Below, piece by piece: positions 59,991 to 64,000 of a stretch of DNA of 64,000 nt. The notes beneath the pieces are model-generated. The model had not been told where the DNA came from. It did not search any database and was given only the letters and a program-made list of their open reading frames with translations. Position numbers and translations under genes: made by a program. Source of the stretch: Scyliorhinus canicula (taxonomy: Eukaryota); assembly GCF_902713615.1 (NCBI RefSeq), contig NC_052164.1, positions 105,600,989-105,664,988 on the forward strand, read 5' to 3'. The stretch's first letter is position 1. Each line of letters begins with the position of its first letter.

Positions 59991-61413
59991 TGAGTTTTAA
60001 CTTGGTGCCTAGCTCCTCATACTCTGTATGCAGAACTCCTTTCCACTCCCGACCAGAGCAGGGCGGCAAAGTGGTTAGCACTGTTGCTTCACAGCGCCAG
60101 GTTCCGAGGTCCCGAAAGACGTGCTGTTAGGCGAATTGGACATTTTGAATTCTCCCTCTGTGTACCCGAACAGGCGCCAGAGTGTGGCGACTAGGGGCTT
60201 TTCACATAACTTCTATGCAGTGTTAATGTAAGCCTACTTGTGACAATAAAGATTATTATAGATGTCCTGAACCCTGTCATTGGACAGGCATCACAGCTGT
60301 CTGGACCCTCGCTCTTTATTGCAGAGAACACTGTCAAACTCCTTCACTAAACTGTCCCCCACTGCTACTACATTCATTCCTTTTTGTTCCCTTCTTCAAT
60401 GGCTCTCTGTGCCATGGTCAGTTTGCTCATCCACCCTGCAGCCACCACTCCCATCCAAACAAATTGAGGGAACCTCAAACCTGTTGGAAATTGCAAATGC
60501 TGATACTCCTGCATTCCTGTCCTCTGGCTTCCCCTTGTCTTTCTCACTTACAGTCACGCCTTCCTGTCCCTGACTGCTGACCAGATCAGAAGATTATCCC
60601 AAGAGATGTGACTGTCTCCTGTTATGAAACGTCCAGGTAATATTGCCCACCCCTGATGTGTCGCAGTGTCTGCAGCTCATCTCCAGCTCAATGACTCTGA
60701 GCTGAAGCTCTTCAAGCTGCAAACACTTACTGCTGACGTGTCCTGGAGCACACCGGCCTCCAGGAGCTCCCACATGCTGCCGCCTTGACACGTCACCTGT
60801 CCTACAATCATTAATGTATTTTAATTATTTAGTTATTCATATCATTTTATATATTTTGCTAACTTTACCACCGGTCTTAAACATTAGGACTGGAACAGAC
60901 CTTAACCATTTACCAAGTCCGACAATATTTTCTCCTTTCAACTTGTGTTTAAAAAAAATCCTGTTTATTCCCCTCCGGTAATTTTGCAAATTACTTTAAA
61001 TCTGTGTCCCTCTGGTTACCAATCAGCCAGCCACTGGAAAGTTTCTCCTTATTTACCCAATCCAAATCTTTCATGAAATTGAGGACCTCTATCAAATATC
61101 CCCTTTAACTATTTAAACTACCCCAGCTTTCCCAGTATCCTCGTATAACTGAAGTCACTCATTCCTGATCCAATTGTAAATCTCTCTGCCTTCATATCCT
61201 TTCTAAAGCGAGATGCCCAGAATTGGACACAATGCTTCACCTTTTAGGCTGTAACGGTTTGACATAACTTCCTTGTTTTTGAACTCTACTGAAGTTTCCC
61301 CTTTTTGTTATTGAAACATTCCTTGTCCTCATTATCTGTACCAGGTCAGGCCCGATGTTGGGTCTCTAGCTCATAAGCAGTTGAAAATCTCTCTCTGTTT
61401 GGTTACAATGCAG

Positions 61414-61516
61414 AATGCGGATTGTGGATGATGATGTGACCTGGAAGAGCCTCACAAAGGAGAAGGAAACCATGCTGGTGGCAGCAGAGTCTGACGAGGA
61501 TGAAGAAGCCCCTGTG
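61414..61516 (+). CDS. BUD13: BUD13 exon 2 ((G)MRIVDDDVTWKSL...DEDEEAPV); gene continues beyond the window
   Basis: GMRIVDDDV motif; CAG acceptor, gtaagt donor; phase matches exon 1. Confidence 0.95.
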
Positions 61517-61929
61517 GTAAGTGGTAGACTGATAAATTGTTCCCGTGACCGACTTAAGTTGGGCTTGTTCAGTAGGTAACAAGTCAGCTTTTATTGTTTC
61601 TAAATCTACTTCAGTAATGACAAGTATGTCCAGGTAAATTTGATACTAACACACAAACAAGCCTCCAAAATGATTAGGTAAGGAGAAGGTACAGTCCTGG
61701 AAAAGGTTCAGCAGTTGAGCTGAAACCTAATCCCATTTTCCCTAATACCTGTCAAAACCCCCTTAAAAATAAATTGATATTATCACATGAGAGCAAGAGC
61801 CAGAGGTGAGATGAGAATTTCTATAACAGAACACAACCTGAAAGGGCAGTGGAAGCTGCTCCAATATGAAAGGCAACTTACCATTTGCCTTCTTTACTAC
61901 CTGCACAACTACAGCCAATGGTATGTTGG

Positions 61930-64000
61930 CCTTCATAGCGAGTCTAGGAATAGAGATATTTTACTGCAATTGTATCGGGCATTGTTGAGGCCACACAAGT
62001 ATTGTGTGCATTTTTGGTGTCGTTTTGTATGCCAGGTTGCTGTGGGAGGCAAGGGGGGAGATTGCAGCAGCTCTGACCATTTTCAAATCTTCGTGAGCCA
62101 CAGGCAAGATATCAGAAGACTGGAGGACAGCTAATGTGGGGCCATTATTCAAGAAGGGAAGTAGGGATGAACCAGGAAATTACAGGCCAGTGAGTCTAAC
62201 TTCAGTGGGAGGGAAACTACGGAAAAACATAGAACATAACAGTGCAGAAGGAGGCCATTCGGCCCATCGAGTGAACCGACACACTTAAGCCCTCACTTCC
62301 ACCCTATTCCCGTAACCCAATAACCCCTCCTAACCTTTTTGGTCACTAAGGGCAATTTAGCATGGCCAATCCACCTAACCTGCACGTCTTTGGACTGTGG
62401 GAGGAAACTGGAGCACTCGGAGGAAACCCACGCAGACACGGGGAGAACGTGCAGACTCCACACAGGCAGTGACCCAGCGGGGAATCGAACCTGTGAAGCC
62501 ACAGTGCTATCCACTTATGCTACCGTGCTGCCCAAAGTTAGAACAATCTTTATTGTGTCACAAGTAGGCTTACATTAATACTGCAATGAAGTTACTGTGA
62601 AAATCCCCTAGTTGCCACATTCCGGCGCCTGCTCGGGATACACAGAGGGAGAATTCAGAATGTCCAATTCACATAACAACCATGTCTTTTGGGACTTATG
62701 GGAGGAAACCGGAGCACCCGGAGGAAACCCACGCAGACACGGGGAGAACGTGCAGACTCTGCACAAACAATGACCCAAGCCGGGAATCGAACCCTGGTCA
62801 ATGGTGCTGTAAAGCAACAGTGCTAACCACTATGCAACACTGTTAGGGACAGATTAATCTCCCTTGGACAGGCAAGGATTAATCAAGGATAGTCAGCAGG
62901 CTGATGTGGCAGATCAGAGCCCCTGGGATGCAGGGCAATTCGACAAACTTGATCCAAAACTGGTTTAGTGGCAGGAGGCAGAGGGTGATGGTTGAAGGTT
63001 GTTTTTGTGACTGGAAGCTTGTGTCCAGTGGTGTTCGTCCCTTGCTTGTAGTGTACATGAATGATTTGGATGTAAATGTAGGAGGGATGATAGGAAGTTC
63101 ACAAATGACACAAAAATTGGTGGTGTGGTTAATGGTGAGGAGCAAGAACCTAGATTGCAGGATTGCATTATAGACGGGCTGGTTAGATGGGCAGAAGAGT
63201 GGCAAATGGAATTTAACCGTGAAAGGTTTGAGTTAATGCACTTTGGGAAGACTAACGGCAAGGAAGATACAATGAATGGTCAGACCCTAGGAAGTACAGA
63301 GGATCAGAGAGATCTGGGTCTGCAGGTTCACAGATCTCTGAACAGGACAGGTAGATAAGGTGGTTAAGAAGGCTGATGGGATTCTTGCCTTTATTAACCG
63401 AGACATTGGATATAAAAGCAGGGAGATTATGCTGGAGCTATACAAAACGCTGGTCAAGCCACAGTTGGAGTATTGTGTGCATGTTCTGGTCACCACACTA
63501 TAGGAAGTGATTGTACTGGAGAGGGTGCAGAGGAGATTCACCAGGATGTTGTCTGGCTGGACCGTTTCAGTCATAAACAGAGACTGGTTAGGCTGGAGTT
63601 GTTTTCCTTGGAGCAGAGAAGGCTGAGGGAGGATATGATTGAGGTGTATAAAATTATGAGGGACGTGGATAGGGAGGCACCTGTCCCCTTAGTGGAGGGG
63701 CCAATAACCAGGGGCCACAGATTTAAGGTATTGGGCAGGAGGTCTCGCGGAGATGTGAGGAAAAGCTTTTTCACCCAGAGTGTGGTTGGAATCTGGAACT
63801 GACTGCCTGAAAGGGAGGTCGAGGTGGGAACCCTCACAGCTTTTAAGAAGCTTTAGATGAGCACTTGAAATACCACAGCAGAAAGGCTATGCACCAGGTG
63901 CTGGAAAAAAGGGATTTGAATAGTTAGGGGCTTGATGGTCAGCGCAGACCTGATGGGCCAAATAGCCTCTTTCCATGCTGTAAAACTCTTATGACTTTAT
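61930..64000 (+). mobile_element. Decayed CR1 with two antisense V-SINEs (62226-62533, 62543-62842)
   Basis: WFSGRRQRVMVEG, WQMEFN, FFTQSVVGIWN; SINE cores. Confidence 0.85.

Overview
Vertebrate nuclear DNA, almost certainly from an elasmobranch (shark), judging by HE1/V-SINE-type repeats with CR1 tails. Three spliced host genes were reconstructed by hand, and the ORF track shows them only in pieces or not at all. (1) The 5' half of an apolipoprotein A-IV-like gene on the minus strand (coding exons 5065-5017 and 2893-2767, probable non-coding exon near 5425-5458). Its last exon is not visible. (2) A complete 14-exon ZPR1 on the plus strand (24625-46732, 438 aa), with one U12-type intron and one GC-AG intron. 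(3) Exons 1-2 of BUD13 (57578-57693, 61414-61516). This is the conserved APOA-ZPR1-BUD13 neighbourhood, but the apolipoprotein gene points away from ZPR1, unlike in human. The rest is retroelements and minisatellites: a full-length decayed Ty3/Gypsy element, L1, CR1 and Penelope-derived pieces, and more than 20 SINEs. Most notable: a Gypsy element with no tRNA primer site but an LTR-complementary leader; a perfect 194-bp palindrome carrying two minimal hammerhead ribozyme motifs in ZPR1 intron 4; a 7-fold tandem array of the ZPR1 exon 3 splice donor; a CR1 whose target-site duplication (TSD) overlaps the U12 donor; and a chimeric L1 inserted into a likely ZPR1 poly(A) site. Repeat boundaries are approximate unless a TSD is given. 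Comparisons with human genes are from memory, not from a search.
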